Shown here piece by piece: positions 43,249-57,843 of a stretch of 64,000 bases of DNA. Below the pieces are notes generated by a model. It saw only the letters and a list, made by a program, of their open reading frames with translations, had not been told where the DNA came from and searched no databases. Source of the DNA: Octopus vulgaris (taxonomy: Eukaryota); the NCBI GenBank assembly GCA_951406725.2, contig OX597833.1, forward strand, positions 65,658,001-65,722,000, given 5' to 3'. The number at the start of each line of letters is the position of its first letter. The first letter of the stretch is position 1. The translations under genes and the position numbers were made by a program.

Positions 43249-44000
43249 GAGGCGCGTGGCTTAATTGTTAGGGTGTCAGCACCATGATTGTAAGATTGTG
43301 GTTTCGATTCCTGGACCGGGCGGCGCGTTGTGTTCTTGAGCAAAACACTTCATTTCACGTTGCTCCAGTCCACTCAGCTGGCAAAAATGAGTAACGCTGC
43401 AATGAATTGGCGTCCCGTCCAGCTGAGGAACACACACGCCATAGAAACCGGGAAACCGGGCCCATGAGATGGCTAGGCTTGAAAAGGTGACGTTTATTTG
43501 GAGGCACGTGGCTTAGTGGTTAGGGTGTCAGCACCATGATCGTAAGATTGTGGTTTCCATTCCTGAACCGGGCGACGTGATGTCTTCTTGAGCAAAACAC
43601 TTCATTTCACGTTGCTCCAGTCCACTCACCTGGCAAAAGTGAGTAACGCTGCGATAGACTGGCGTCCCGTCCAGCTGGGGAACACATAGGCCATTGAAAC
43701 TGGGAAATCGGGCTCATGAACCTGGCTAGGCTTTAAAAGGGCGCATTTCTTGGAGGCACGTGGCTTAGTGGTTAAGGTGTCAGCACCATGATCGTAAGAT
43801 TGTGGTTTCGATTCCTGGACCGGGCAACGCGTTGTGTTCTTGAGCAAAACACTTCATTTCACGTTGCTCAAGTCTACTCAGCTGGGAAAAATGAGTAACG
43901 CTGCGATAGACTGGCGTCCCATCATGCTGGGGAACACATACGCCAGCGAAACCGGAAAACCGGGCCCATGAGCCTGGCTAGGCTTTGAATGGGCGCATTT
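43249..44000 (+). mobile_element. Head-to-tail trimer of tRNA-derived SINE family D (252-bp period)
   Basis: Units start at 43249, 43501 and 43753. A box TGGCTTAGTGG, B box GGTTTCGATTCC, and a V-SINE-like TGCGATAGACTGGCGTCCCGTCCAG. ATATAAATGA occurs on both flanks. Confidence 0.92.
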
Positions 44001-44336
44001 AGTTTTATATATATATAAATGATAGAATAAGACCGATTAATGCTTCAGACACTTACCAAACGACGCTAAAATCCGCTACCGCCATTCCTTAAAATACAAG
44101 TCATAATCATGATATTCCTTCGTGAATTGTGTCTCAACTAAGAGAAGATTTGCAACTAAAGTAATTTATTAACTTCGGTGTTTCGTGTTATTAAAGAAAT
44201 TATAAAATAGAACTGTAGCTGAATGGTCGAGATAAAGTGTTTAATAAGATTTTCAAAACTGATTTGGCGAGCAAATTTGATTCATTTCTACATCACGTGC
44301 ATGTGTATATATGTGTATGTATGTATGTATGTATGG

Positions 44337-44409
<73 letters not shown>

Positions 44410-44517
44410 CATACATATATATATAGACATATATATATTACTAGTAATATTCATATATGTACATATATGTGTATATATATGCATATATATATATATATGC
44501 ATATATATATATGTATG

Positions 44518-44569
<52 letters not shown>

Positions 44570-44867
44570 AAATACTGCTACAATGTGTCTGTTTATACAT
44601 GCATACACACACACACACATATATATATATACATGCATACACACACACATACATATATATGTATGCACACATACACGCAGATATACACCTACACGCTCAC
44701 ACGCATACGCACACGCGTATATTTGTGAGGCGTCTGCATATTAGCGTCTGTGTGTGCCTTTTGTCTCTATTCTGAGTGGATGAAAGTGTTCAAAAACACA
44801 CTGAGAATCTAAGCAAGTTAGGAACTAAGAAACAAACAAATTTATCACCAAATCGGTAATAATCGCA

Positions 44868-44885
44868 CTAGTAGTAGTAGTAGTG

Positions 44886-44974
<89 letters not shown>

Positions 44975-44997
44975 GGTGGTGGTGGTGGTGGTAATAA
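44868..44997. repeat. (AGT)n-(GGT)n microsatellite
   Basis: Directly visible. Confidence 0.95.
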
Positions 44998-46039
44998 TGC
45001 TGACGAACATCTATGTACAGAGACGAGTGTCATCTCTGGCACAATTTAGTAACACTCAGAAAATTGAATTCCCTCTTTATATATTCTACATAATTTGTGT
45101 TGTGTATGTATGCAATTCCCCGCTTAGCAACGTTGGACTTCTAAGTAAGTTGTTGGAACTGAATATTAAAGACAATCATATTGTCAACTCTGTGTTACCT
45201 GAATGCCAATTATTACATCTATAGAAGTGATTACGGTACGTTATGCTGAGAAAGTGTCAACGCCGATACGGTTTCGCATTTTAGTGAACTCAGCGTTTTT
45301 TCTATTTTAATTTTTAATGGTTGAAGCTTGAGAATTTACATAATCGTTAGAACGTCGGGTACGATCTTATCCGGTATTTCATGCATACCTCTGCCTTCTG
45401 GGTTCAAGTCCCGCAAAGTTTTCTTTATATTTTTTTGCCTGATCAGTAAAATATCGGAGTCGATTTAATCAATTGATACTGTCTCCCCAAATTCAAGACC
45501 TGAATTAAAAACTATCATGATAGTTTAAAATTCAGGTCTAAATTTAGATTCAGATTCGATATTTTTTCCGACTCTTTAAGTCCTGAGTTTAATTCCGCAG
45601 AGTTCAGCTTTCTCCTTTCGTCTTTTCCTGGTCGATAAGTACTAGCTAAGTAGAGGAGCCCACGATGTCGTCTAACCGCCTCCCCTCAAAATGGCTCTTC
45701 TGGGCCCTATAAAAGTACTCGATCTCAAATGTATCCTAGCCTTCTCTTTCAAGAGTGCATGACGTGATATCAAGTACCAATCATGTGTCCTTTATGACTT
45801 GAGACTACATCTGGTATCTCAGCCCTGGTTCGAGAGTTCGCGGAATTTGGGGAACGTGGAATCACCAATACTGTCCCCAGGTCTACTCTAACCCGTGTTT
45901 CCTGTGATCATGAACAATCATCCCCACGCATGCGTAGAAGCTGTCGTATTACCACTAGAGTAAAGAAAGTCAATCTGATTCATTGATAAGAGGATTAAGA
46001 ATAAAACACTTGTCCAATACATTGGGAGATAACATAATA

Positions 46040-46235
46040 GTTTCGAAATTTAGCACAAGGCCAGCAATTTTGATTACATCGACCCCAGTGTGTCACTGGT
46101 ACTTACTTTATCAACCTCGAAAAGGAGAAAAGAAAAGTCGACCTCGGCGGCATTTCAACTCAGAACGTAAAGACGGACAAAATGCTCCTAAACATTTGGT
46201 CCGGCATGCTCACACTTCTTCCAGCTCCCCGCCTT
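46040..46235 (-). mobile_element. SINE family B, minus strand
   Basis: GATTACATCGACCCCAGT..AAAGTCGACCTCGGCGG..AACTCAGAACGTAAAG is the reverse complement of family B. Confidence 0.8.
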
Positions 46236-46595
46236 GTATGGCGTATTAATTATTGGAAAGCATTTTCCTCAGACTCTCTGTCGATTGTGCCAAAGCACCA
46301 ACTTAATACCAAATAATGAATTTGATGCCGTTATTCAAACGCAGGTCAGCAACCATCCAAGACATTCCATGCGTGACAATTACGCCTCGTTTTCCTCCAA
46401 ACGTCGATTCCGTTAATCTTATATTTTAAATTTCCCTAGATTCGTGGTGGAAAGGGTGGAGGAGGTGTGAATGTAGGTTTGGGAGTGATTTTGTATTCCT
46501 TTCTTCTTTTCTTACAGAAATTATATAATTTCGAAAAATGCAATTTTATAAAATTTCACATTGGTTTCGCATTCATAATTTCATTCACACATGAA

Positions 46596-46681
<86 letters not shown>

Positions 46682-46804
46682 CAACAGTTTCGGTAAATAT
46701 AACTGTCTATAGAGAATCAAAGTAATATTTTTCTAAGTGTAAAAATATATATATATAAATATACATGACGCGTGTGAATGTATGTGTGTGTGTATTGTGT
46801 ATTT

Positions 46805-46902
<98 letters not shown>

Positions 46903-47593
46903 TATCTATATGTATATATGTGCATATCTGTATATGCATGTGCGTATATATAAATATATGTATATATATATATATATACGTGCGCATATAACTATGCCTG
47001 TATGATGAGACATTACTCTCAGTAAAAATTATATTTATCTGCTAATATAATATATTTCGTAACGCACACACGCTCACAGACTCACTCAAAGTTATACATA
47101 TTTGTACGCATGTGTGCGTGTGTGTTGTATGTGTAATATATACACGTGTGTGCGTGTCAGTGTGTATTGTCTATACATGTGTGTGCGTGTGAGTATGTAC
47201 GTATTAATGTATATATATATATGCATAGCTACATCCGAATATATTTTGCTATATCATATCCATATATATATACTATTTAATATTTAATATATTCGTAAAC
47301 ATATTTATATGTATAGGTGTGACGGTGTGTGAATATGTAATACATTTCCCTACAGATACATATATCTATATGTGTCTGTGTATTTGAGTATGTATGAAGT
47401 ATGTATGCATATGTATATGTGTGTATGTGTATACATAAGTATATATATGCAAGTGAAAACGTGCCTGTGTAAATACACGCCTCAAATTCAATTTATATAA
47501 TAGATATTTCTATTGTGTGCATACACACACATATATTTATGCCTACATATCTGTATACATATATATATATATAAATGCATATATATGTGTGCT

Positions 47594-47790
<197 letters not shown>

Positions 47791-48259
47791 TGTTCATGAG
47801 TGAGAACGTGTGGGTGTAATAATATTAAAACTTTCGTTTTCCCAACTGTAATTTTTAAGTAATTTGTCATTACAAACATTAATTAAAAGCCAATGTAATT
47901 TCACAAAAATTAGTTTCTTTGTATTTTTTAGAATTATTTCTGCAGAGCATTCATGGTTCCTTGAACATAACACGATAATTTTACAAATTGCACATGCGCA
48001 AATGGTCACCCATTATTCGTATATGTATATTGAAACTTGTATGTCTAGGCACACATACGTTCGTGTTTGTGCATCGAAAGGGAAATTTAAGGAATCTCTG
48101 TATATATTTTTATTGATATACGTTTAAATATATATATATGAAAGCAATCATAAGTATATATATATATATAGAGAGAGAGAGAGAAAGAAAAGAGCAAGAG
48201 AAAGGAGAGAGATGTATGTGTGATGTATCTATAAGTATATATATGTATATATATGTATA

Positions 48260-48352
<93 letters not shown>

Positions 48353-48609
48353 GTGCACACACACACACACACATATATTTAGTGCTTATTAGATTATACC
48401 TTTACATTTAATATTGTATAGCAAAGTTTTTATATTCTGAATATTTATATATATATGTGTTTGTATGCGTGTGTATGTGAGTGTGAGTGTGTTTGTGTGT
48501 ATGTGTATCTGTGTGTATGTGTATCTGTGTGTATGTGTATCTGTGTGTATTATCTGTTTCTATATACGCAAGCCATATATCATATATTGAATTTATTGTT
48601 GATGAAGAT

Positions 48610-48667
<58 letters not shown>

Positions 48668-48737
48668 GTATTCATATTTATAATGGTAATAATAACAATC
48701 GCAACAATAGGAACATTAATATTGATAAAAATAAGAC

Positions 48738-48807
<70 letters not shown>

Positions 48808-48899
48808 AAATCGGAGAAATTTTTAGTGATATCTTACACAAAGAATGTGAAATAACAGGAATGATAAGGAGGATCTTGATGTATATACAGGAAAAAACA

Positions 48900-49350
48900 A
48901 TATCACCGAAACTAATTGACTAATAATGGGGATATATGCAGGGATACACTTATGGAAATTCCTTAAGGGCTGTCTCCAGACATTGCTTCGGGAATTGTAC
49001 CAGCCGTCAAATAGAAAGCCACTCCAGTGTTTCAAATGTCCCACCAATCCCGCGTAATGTAAGGACCAGGTACTATAGGAGCTTGGGTTTCAAAGGCCCA
49101 CAGTTATGTAATATCTTGTCAAAGAACTTGAGAGATCTACATAGAATTGTAGACCTCTCTTCTACAACTTTACTATCTGTCGTTCAATATTCAAGATCAG
49201 CCAACATCAAGGCAAGGAACACGAATGAGGGCAGCAATATCAATTTCGTTCCTTTGCCGAAAACCAACCACGTGAGAACGGCTGGCCATTGAGAAGTTGA
49301 TGAACGTGAAGGTGTTGGCATTACCCTAGCATAGCCATAGACTCTGGCCG
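48900..49350 (+). mobile_element. CR1-like LINE 3' fragment
   Basis: VRTRYYRSLGFKGPQLCNILSKNLRDL resembles the CR1-group C-terminal 'SF..rGp.lwN.LP..lr' motif. Confidence 0.6.
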
Positions 49351-49386
49351 GAAAAAAATTAATATGAGCATATATATATGTATATA

Positions 49387-49449
<63 letters not shown>

Positions 49450-49541
49450 GTATATATTTAACGCTTATTTAATTTAGCGATTTTTAGAATATCTTTCACT
49501 ATTGAACTACTTAATACAGGTTATTTCTCTTAATTATATAC

Positions 49542-49590
<49 letters not shown>

Positions 49591-49599
49591 TTTATATAT

Positions 49600-49791
49600 A
49601 TATTTGTCCTCCCAACATCACATGACAACCGATGGTGGTGTGCTTACGTTCCCGTAACTTAGCGGTCCTGCAAAAGATACCGATAGAATAAGTACTAGGC
49701 TTCCAAAGAATAAGTCCAGTCCTGAGGTCGATTTGCGGTGCTCCAGTATGGCCGCAGTCAAATAACTGAAACAAGTAAAAGAGTAAAGAGT
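49600..49791 (+). mobile_element. SINE family A, 3' half
   Basis: TTTGTCCTCCC..GACAACCGATG..GAATAAGTACTAGGC..TGCTCCAG..AAAAGAGTAAAGAG. Confidence 0.85.
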
Positions 49792-49794
49792 ATA

Positions 49795-50728
49795 CTAGAA
49801 TGGAAAATGGCGCAGAATCCTAGTATAATCTTAAGTGTTGAACCAGGAGAACTACAGAATTAAGCAGTAATTAAGCCCTGTGAAGTACAGAACAAGAAGA
49901 AGAAAGAAATCTTAAAATATTGCTGCTGAAATTAAAATTTAAAAATTAAATAGTAATAAATACCCTTTTCTATTTATATTTTTACTGAAAAGTTTAAATT
50001 AAAATACTCAAGGAGCTATTTATTTTCAGTTTTAGTGAAAAGATTAATTGCCTGTAAGTTTACGCATTAAAAATTTGTTATTATAAATTTGTATATTGAA
50101 ATGTCACTTAATAACAATTTAAGTAAAATTCACAATTATAACCCCTAAGTTTTTTTCTTAAAAATAGAGAGCCATTTCTACATTTTGCTTTCAATTTATT
50201 AATTAGCTTTCATTTTTTCTTAAATATTTTTTCAACTCTTAATATAAAATATTTTGTTATCTGATAATGCAAACTTAAAGAGATTCTCTTTTTTCTTTAA
50301 ACTCCATTTTTTTTTAACTTTATTTTACTCATTTCAGTTGCATGTATTCTACATGAATTTATTTTTATAACACAATATCTGTGATTTATAATTTTTGTAT
50401 GATGAGTTTTATTAAGAAAAATATTATACAATATAATAATATTAAGTCAGAATTGTTTTAGCTTAATACAAAGAAATTTTTTAATCAAAAATATTAACTT
50501 AAATTAAAAAAAAAAAGAAACCATAAAATATTAGAACAAACCTGTTAACACGCTATTTTATGAAAAATATCAGAAAATTATCTAAGAAATTCTAACTTCA
50601 ATAACAATATTTTAATTTAATCTGCTTGTCATCTACATTACAAGGCTTAATCACTGCTTGTTCTGTACTTTTCTTGGTTCAATACTTAAGAATATTCAAA
50701 TATTCTGCGCCCGCATTTTTCCTTCTAG
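49795..50728. mobile_element. Fold-back/MITE-like element with ~95-bp imperfect TIRs, CTAG termini and TA flanks
   Basis: CTAGAATGGAAAATGGCGCAGAAT..CTTAAGTGTTGAACCAGGAGAACTACAGAA..AAGCAGTAATTAAGCC is inverted at 50640-50728; the interior is very AT-rich. Confidence 0.75.
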
Positions 50729-50866
50729 TACATTTCCCCCCCAACCCACCCCACCCCAGGTAACGCGTCTGTTATTGTATTTACCTTTATCATTGAAAAA
50801 ATTATACGACTGGAAATAGTTTTTAAATACAGGTTTTGTTCAAACTTCTAAATTTTGTTTACATAT

Positions 50867-51245
50867 GGAAGCAATCCGTCGGTTACGACGACGAGGGTTC
50901 CGGTTGATCCGATCAACGGAACAGCCTGCTCGTGAAATTAACGTGTAAGTGGTTGAGCACTCCACAGACACGTGTACCCTTAACGTAGTTCTCGGGGATA
51001 TTCAGCGTGACACAGAGAGTGACAACGCCGGCCCCTTGAAATACAGGTACAACAGAAACAGGAAGTACGAGTGAGAGAAAGTTGTGGTGAAAGAGTACAG
51101 CAGGGATCACCACCATCCCTGCCGGAGCCTCGTGGAGCTTTAGGTGTTTTCGCTCAATAAACACCCACAACGCCCGGTCTGGGAATCAAACCGCGATCCT
51201 ACGACCGCAAGTCCGCTGCCCTAACCACTGGGCCATTGCGCCTCC
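50867..51245 (-). mobile_element. SINE family C, full length with 11-bp TSD
   Basis: TGTTTACATAT at 50856-50866 and 51246-51256. Confidence 0.92.
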
Positions 51246-52317
51246 TGTTTACATATAAAAATTTAAAGAATTAACAGCAGCATGTCCGTTACAAATAAAT
51301 ATGTTTTTAAACAAATTCTATTATGAAATAATGTTATATTCTAATTATATAATTAATAATTAGATTTTTTCATAAGTGATTTTTTTTATTTTAATATATT
51401 TCTAATAAGTACATTATTTAATACATGGAGAAAATTTTTTTTTTAATTTATATGAAATCAAAGAAAATCATAACTATTTTATTTGTAGACGGGCTTAATA
51501 TTTGTAGACGGGGTTTTCTCCAAATTATAACTTTGGATTAACTCTTTTATTAGAGTTCAAATAATAATATTTATGACTTAAAAAAGACAAAAATATTTTG
51601 GCTTCTTAAAACCATCCTATTCTTTTGTCACTGATAGACAAACAACAGTTTTCGTATCAAATATTCTTTGACTGTTTTCACCATAGCCTTAGAAAGACAG
51701 GTTTTCACAATAATCTTAGAAAACTGGAGAAAAATTACAAAGCATACTGCTACAGAGGATCGAGTCTCAAATTAAGCGTCGGTTCGGCAAAATGGACCGA
51801 TAGGATACGCACCAGGCTTTTAAAAAAATGAAAAAGACGCACTGGGGGTCGATTCATTCGAGAGAGAAAAAAATTCTCGAGGCGATGCTGCAGCATGGCC
51901 GCAGTCTCATGACTGTAACAATAAAAGATAATAGATAACAGACAATACAGATAGATTGCTGAATAGAAAAAAAAAGACACTAACAGACAAACAGATAATT
52001 GTAAATACATAAATATCTGAGTACATGTTTTATATCAAAATATATTAAACAAACAGTCCAATTCAATTAGATTCATTGTTTACTTGTTTACCATTGTTCA
52101 ATATAGACAACAGCATCAAACGATAAATACCGACTTTTGTTTTAACTAATAATATTTCATGGTTTTAATAAGATTTATTTCTATTGCTACAGTTTTACAC
52201 TTAGCTCCATGGCTGTATGCCTGCCTCGCCAAGCCGAATATTCTGCGGTTTCCTGGACGTTGTTGTCGTTGTTCTGTTAATGCTCGTGGCTTACTGGTTA
52301 CGGTATTAGGTTAATTA

Positions 52318-52961
52318 AAGGCGGCGTGCTGGCAGAAACGTTAGCACGCCGGGCGAAATGCGTGGCCGTATTTCGTCTGACGTTACGTTATGAGTTCAAA
52401 TTCCGCCGAGGTCGACTTTGCCTTTCATCCTTTCGGGGTCGATAAATTAAGTACCAGTTACGTACTGGGGTCGGTGTAAATTTTGATAAAAATTTTCAGA
52501 AATTTTGATGAAAATTTTCAAAAAACCTTAAAAAAATTTTTGATGAAGAGCTAGTAGAAACGTTAGCACGCCGGGCGAAATGCTTAGTGGTATTTCGTCT
52601 GCCGATACGTTCTGAGTTCAAATTCCGCCGAGGTTGACTTTGCCTTTCATTCTTTCGGGGTCGATAAATTAAGTACCAGTTAAGTTACGCACTGGGGTCG
52701 ATGTAATCGACTTAATCCCTTTGTCTGTCCTTGTTTCTCCCCTCTGTGTTTAGCCCCTTGTGGGTAGTGAAGAAATAGGTATTTCGTCAGCCGTTACGTT
52801 CTGAGTTCAAATTCTATCGAGGTCGACTTTGCCTTTCATCCTTTCGGAGTCGATTGAATAAGTACCAGTTACGCACTGGCGTCGATATAATCGACTTAAT
52901 CCCTTTGTCTCTCCTTGTTTGTCCCCTCTGTGTGTAGCCCCTTGTGGGTAGTAAAGAAATA
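52318..52961 (+). mobile_element. Cluster of three SINE family B segments nested in another SINE head
   Basis: Segments start at 52318, ~52548 and 52778. Flanks GGTATTAGGTTAA (52302) / GGTATTCAGTTCA (52962). Confidence 0.88.
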
Positions 52962-53258
52962 GGTATTCAGTTCACGTTCGTTATCAGGTCGTGAGTTCGA
53001 TTCCCGACGGCAACTCGTGTCCTTGAGTCGGATTCTTTATTTCATGTTGCTTCAGTCTGCGCAGCTGCCGAAAATGAGTTGTACATGCAATTGAGGGGGT
53101 TTGGCTTTGTTACGTTAAGTATCACGCCGAATCTCCCCGTGGAGCGCGTTGAGGTACGAGTGTCAAAGGGATACTCAGCCACTTACACGTAAATGTCATG
53201 AGTAAGCTCTTCCATTGACCGGATCAACACAAACCTTCGTGGCCGTAACCGAGGAAGG
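52962..53258 (+). mobile_element. Older chimeric SINE (D-type body plus C-type tail); its head begins at ~52283
   Basis: GAGTTCGATTCCC..GTGTCCTTGAG..TTTCATGTTGCT..CAGCTG..AAATGAGT, then GAATCTCCCCG..CAGCCACTTACACGT..CGGATCAAC..CGTAACCGA. Confidence 0.7.
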
Positions 53259-53500
53259 GCCAGTTGTTGCTGGTGTTGTTGCTGTTGTTGTTGTTTTACA
53301 GCAGAGTAAAACAACTTATACTGATACTTATTTTATATATATGTATGTATGCTCATATATTCCTCACAATTATACACACATGCATAAAAATATATATATT
53401 TACAGGTATAGAAGCAAATTAAGAAGTATATCTATATATATATCCATGTTGGACCACTGGATTCAACACTTTTTTTTTCATTATTTATTTACTCTTATTT

Positions 53501-53536
53501 CTTTCTGTCGAAGAGCATAGGCTCGAAACATAAAAG
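53501..53536 (+). ncRNA. Minimal hammerhead-like motif
   Basis: CTTT-CTGTCGAA-GAGC-ATAG-GCTC-GAA-ACAT-A-AAAG. Confidence 0.65.
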
Positions 53537-53614
53537 CGTCAAACTAATACACCTGCTTGTTGTCCCTACACCTGTTTCCGTCTTTGTTTTTCTATAAATT
53601 TGAACTATATATAT

Positions 53615-53656
<42 letters not shown>

Positions 53657-53854
53657 TGCCTGTGCATGTGGAAACATAGAAACATATATGAATGCTTCAA
53701 TATACACATTCAAACACGTGAGTAAATAGCGACTGAAGCGGAGGTCTTTGCACAGAAATGTTTGTTACGTACAACAATGAGTATGCACATCACGTGTGAA
53801 TGTATATTTGTTTGTGTATGTCTGTGTGTTTGTGTGTCTGTGCATGCGTGTGTC

Positions 53855-54227
53855 GATATACACATAAACACATAGTCACACACATACACACATGTACATA
53901 TACATAAGTACAAACAAGCATACATGCACATGTATTATATATATATATATATACATATATGCGTATATATGTATATATATTTATATAATATATATATACA
54001 TACATTCATATACATTTATATGTATATATGCATATACGTACATATACACATAAACACAGTCACACACATACACGCATGTATATATACATAAGCCCAAACA
54101 TGCATATATGCACATGTATTATATATATATATATATATACTTATATGCGTATATATGTATGTACATTTATATAATATATATATTTATACATACATTCATA
54201 TATATTTATATGTATATATGCATATAC

Positions 54228-54230
<3 letters not shown>
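53855..54230. repeat. ~185-bp tandem duplication of a compound TA/CA microsatellite region
   Basis: ATACACATAAACAC(AT)AGTCACACACATACAC..ATGCACATGTATT..ATGCATATACGTA occurs twice. Confidence 0.8.
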
Positions 54231-54296
<66 letters not shown>

Positions 54297-54844
54297 TGTA
54301 TGTATGTATGTATGTATATATGTATGTATACACATGTGTGCTAAATCGCACAACCGTCCATTAAAACATCATTTTATGTTCCAGAAAACTCTTCATATAC
54401 TTTCCTCTCAACGAAATAGCAACCATAACACAAACAACAACAAGACTACCAACATCACCACAAAACAAACGCGAAAACAAACCCCACCCACCCCGTCATT
54501 GAAGGGTTTATTACTTACTCCACTATATATTTTATTTTTCTATGTTTTGTCTCTTTATTGTTGGTTTTTTTTTTTTTGTTTTACTTATATATTGGTTCAT
54601 CGTTGCAATTTTCTATATTGGCTTTTTATGTGGATGAAGAAGGGAAGGGGATCAGAGGGTGGGGTAGCCATATTGTAATTCTGCAATTTTCCTCCTTAAT
54701 TTTTTTTTCTTCCGTTACATAAATATCAGATTTGTTGCAGGGAATAAAATCGTGTGCATGTGTATGTTTGTGCATATGTGTATCCGTGCGGGTGCCTCTG
54801 TGTGTGTGTGTGTGTGTAGGTGTGTGTATGTGTGCGTGTTTGTA

Positions 54845-54879
<35 letters not shown>

Positions 54880-54982
54880 TTGTACAGAGGGATAGGAAGA
54901 TAGAGAAACCGATATACAAATATGTATAACACATATGTATACCCACATATATATATATGTATATACATATATATATATATGC

Positions 54983-55034
<52 letters not shown>

Positions 55035-55054
55035 ATATATGTATAAATAAATAA

Positions 55055-55098
<44 letters not shown>

Positions 55099-55269
55099 TT
55101 ATATATATATATATATATATATACATGCACACTTCTAAACATATAAATATGTGTACGCGTATAAATGCATATGTTGCATATGTGTTTGCGTGCGTGCGTG
55201 TGTGTGTGTGTGTGCGAGTGAGTGTGTTCGCGCGCGTGTGTAAATGCCCGAGTTATTTATGTATATATA

Positions 55270-55300
55270 TCTATCTATATATATATATATATATATGTAT

Positions 55301-55335
<35 letters not shown>

Positions 55336-55349
55336 GTATGTATATATAC

Positions 55350-55380
<31 letters not shown>

Positions 55381-55730
55381 TATTGTGTATATATATATAT
55401 ATACATAATTATATGTATATATATAAATACTTGGAAGATTTTGTAAAACTATTTATATATAAAGTAGGGGAAAAAAGTCATTGAACAGCAGTATATAAAA
55501 ACACGACAAAAAGCAGCAGAGCTACACTGGGGCAAGATGGTTCGTTTTATATACAAATTGTGTAAGAGATTAAACAATTTGTTTAGAGTAACCTAGCATT
55601 TTCACTTTATATATATACGGACCTATTCAAAAATATATATATATATATCTGTGTGTGCGTAGTTACGTTCGTACTTGTGTATATGCATCTATGCACACAC
55701 TGATATGTGCACATACACATGCACAAATAT

Positions 55731-55809
<79 letters not shown>

Positions 55810-55920
55810 GTATGTATATATACATATATATATATGTATATATATATATATGTGTATATATATATATACATAATTATATGTATATATATAAATACTTGGA
55901 AGATTTTGTAAAACTATTTC
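55270..55920. repeat. ~180-bp direct repeat pair (55270-55453, 55745-55919)
   Basis: Both end ATACATAATTATATGTATATATATAAATACTTGGAAGATTTTGTAAAACTATTT. Confidence 0.85.
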
Positions 55921-55925
55921 TAATA

Positions 55926-55966
<41 letters not shown>

Positions 55967-56957
55967 AATGTTTATATATGTTTGTTTGTATATTTAGTTC
56001 TATCCTATTACTAGAAATAGTTTTTTTCCAAAATCTTCGAAGAATTTCTATGGAAACTCCACCTTTTCCCTCTTTTTATTTCTTTAAGTCGCCTTACACC
56101 CTCACCACCAAAAGACATGGAAATGCCTTTTGACGTTTTTACGATACATCATCTTTCTATTGTAATTGTTCCCAATAAATTCTTGCTACACCTTACAGGT
56201 GCAACACCGGCTTTTTCCTCTAACACTGACGATCCCGGATCTCTTTTACTCCGCAGTAATTTCCCAGCAGACCCTTGAAATTCTCACGCGGACACAAGAT
56301 ACTTTTACTTCGCGGCTCTATTCCGCAGGACCTTACATGCTGGATTTTAGATAATCTTGTATAAGCGATATTAACGTACAGGACCTGTAGTTAATTTCTT
56401 TATTTAAGCAAATTTACCATTTGTGTAATTTCAAAATGGCAACACCTTTGTTAGAAGAATCAGCAATTGAAATGACCTTCAAGTCGAACGAAGGTTCCGG
56501 AAAATCGATGTTGTGTTCAACATTTCATTCTATGGTTTGTTGTTATACTTTCGTTGTATGTGTTTCTGATTAGTTCCAGGTCAAAGATTAAAACTAAGAT
56601 AGAGTAGAATTCCCAGTGAACCTTGTGGTCTAGAACCAATTTTTCAGGATCTAGGCTTCGACACGGAACCCGCCTCACCGCATGCTACAGCTTCCTTCTA
56701 CCATAAACCTCTGACCACAACATTCTGCAAAAACAGAAACGGAACACAATTCTACGTTAGCAAAAGTAACTCTGATCATCGTCTTTGTAACTTTGTCCTT
56801 TGCATAAACTTGGCATTGTCTTATGAGCATATGTAAAATGCACGAGTCCTGCTGACTTCTGCTCTCAGGGTCAGTGATAAATAACAGCCACACGGTTTCA
56901 TATCACAGTTGCGGTCGAGTGAATTCATACTGCACATATATCTAAGATATAATACTA

Positions 56958-57843
56958 CGTAGTCTGATCAATAAGTATCCGAACTGTTGCTATAGTAACG
57001 AAGCTAAAGGACGCAATGGGAAGCCGCTAGTCACACATTTACCTTAAATTCTGCTGTGCATGCGCACTAAGTTTTAACGTCCTAGCACACTTCCGGTGTT
57101 TACAGCTGCATTTTGAAAGGTCTGTGTGTAGCGTGTGATCGTCGCATTGTCCATGACAGAGAATCTGCATCAAATTTTGCCAAAAGCTTGGCAAAACCTG
57201 CTCAGAGACCTACGCAAAGTTTTCAAAAAGTTCTCGACACAATCAAGATCTTGTGCAACTGAAACCTGAATGACTTTTGGTCAGCTGAAAGCAGTTTTGG
57301 CACAAACTTTCCAGACACGGGTCTCATGCCAAAATCTTCAGTGATGATGGACTGAACTGAACGGAAACTAATTCGCACATCCTCTGATTACTCACGGATG
57401 GTGATTCAACGTTTTCCCTTCACAGCTACACGCACATCTGCAATGTTTTTCTGTTCTGCAGTCTCCAAGAACGTTCGTCAATATTGGAATTCTTTGGGCC
57501 ACCTTGGAAACGTCTGAATAATTCGTATACTTGTGTACGGTTCATACACTCCTCTCAATACACTTTCTGCAACTCTGCTTAGGCCTCTGAGCAGGTATCA
57601 CCATGGCAACTTTCCTTGTCATGGTCAATGCGACCATCACACGCTACACTCCTTCTTTCCAAGCACTGCAATAAACAGCGGAAGCGAGCTAGGACGTTAG
57701 AATTGAGTGGGCATGCACAGCAGAGTTCAAGTTCAATCCTTGCCAAGCGGCTTTACTCTGCGTGCATTAGCTTCGTTACTATAGCAACAGTCGCTAATTA
57801 AGTGCCAGTTGAGATCTGGAATCGATCTATTGATCAGACCTCG
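56958..57843. mobile_element. mariner-derived element made of two 5' ends in opposite orientation
   Basis: TA-CGTAGTCTGATCAATA ... TATTGATCAGACCTCG-TA with ~200-bp inverted arms. Plus strand RICIKFCQKLGKTCSETY; minus strand ..TQVYELFRRF..SIITEDFGMRPVSGKFVPKLLSADQK. Confidence 0.85.

Noticed and set aside
43249-43325. tRNA genes in SINE heads (also families A, C and the 34076 element)
   Set aside because: A and B boxes are present, but I see no complete cloverleaf, and each continues into a multi-copy SINE body.
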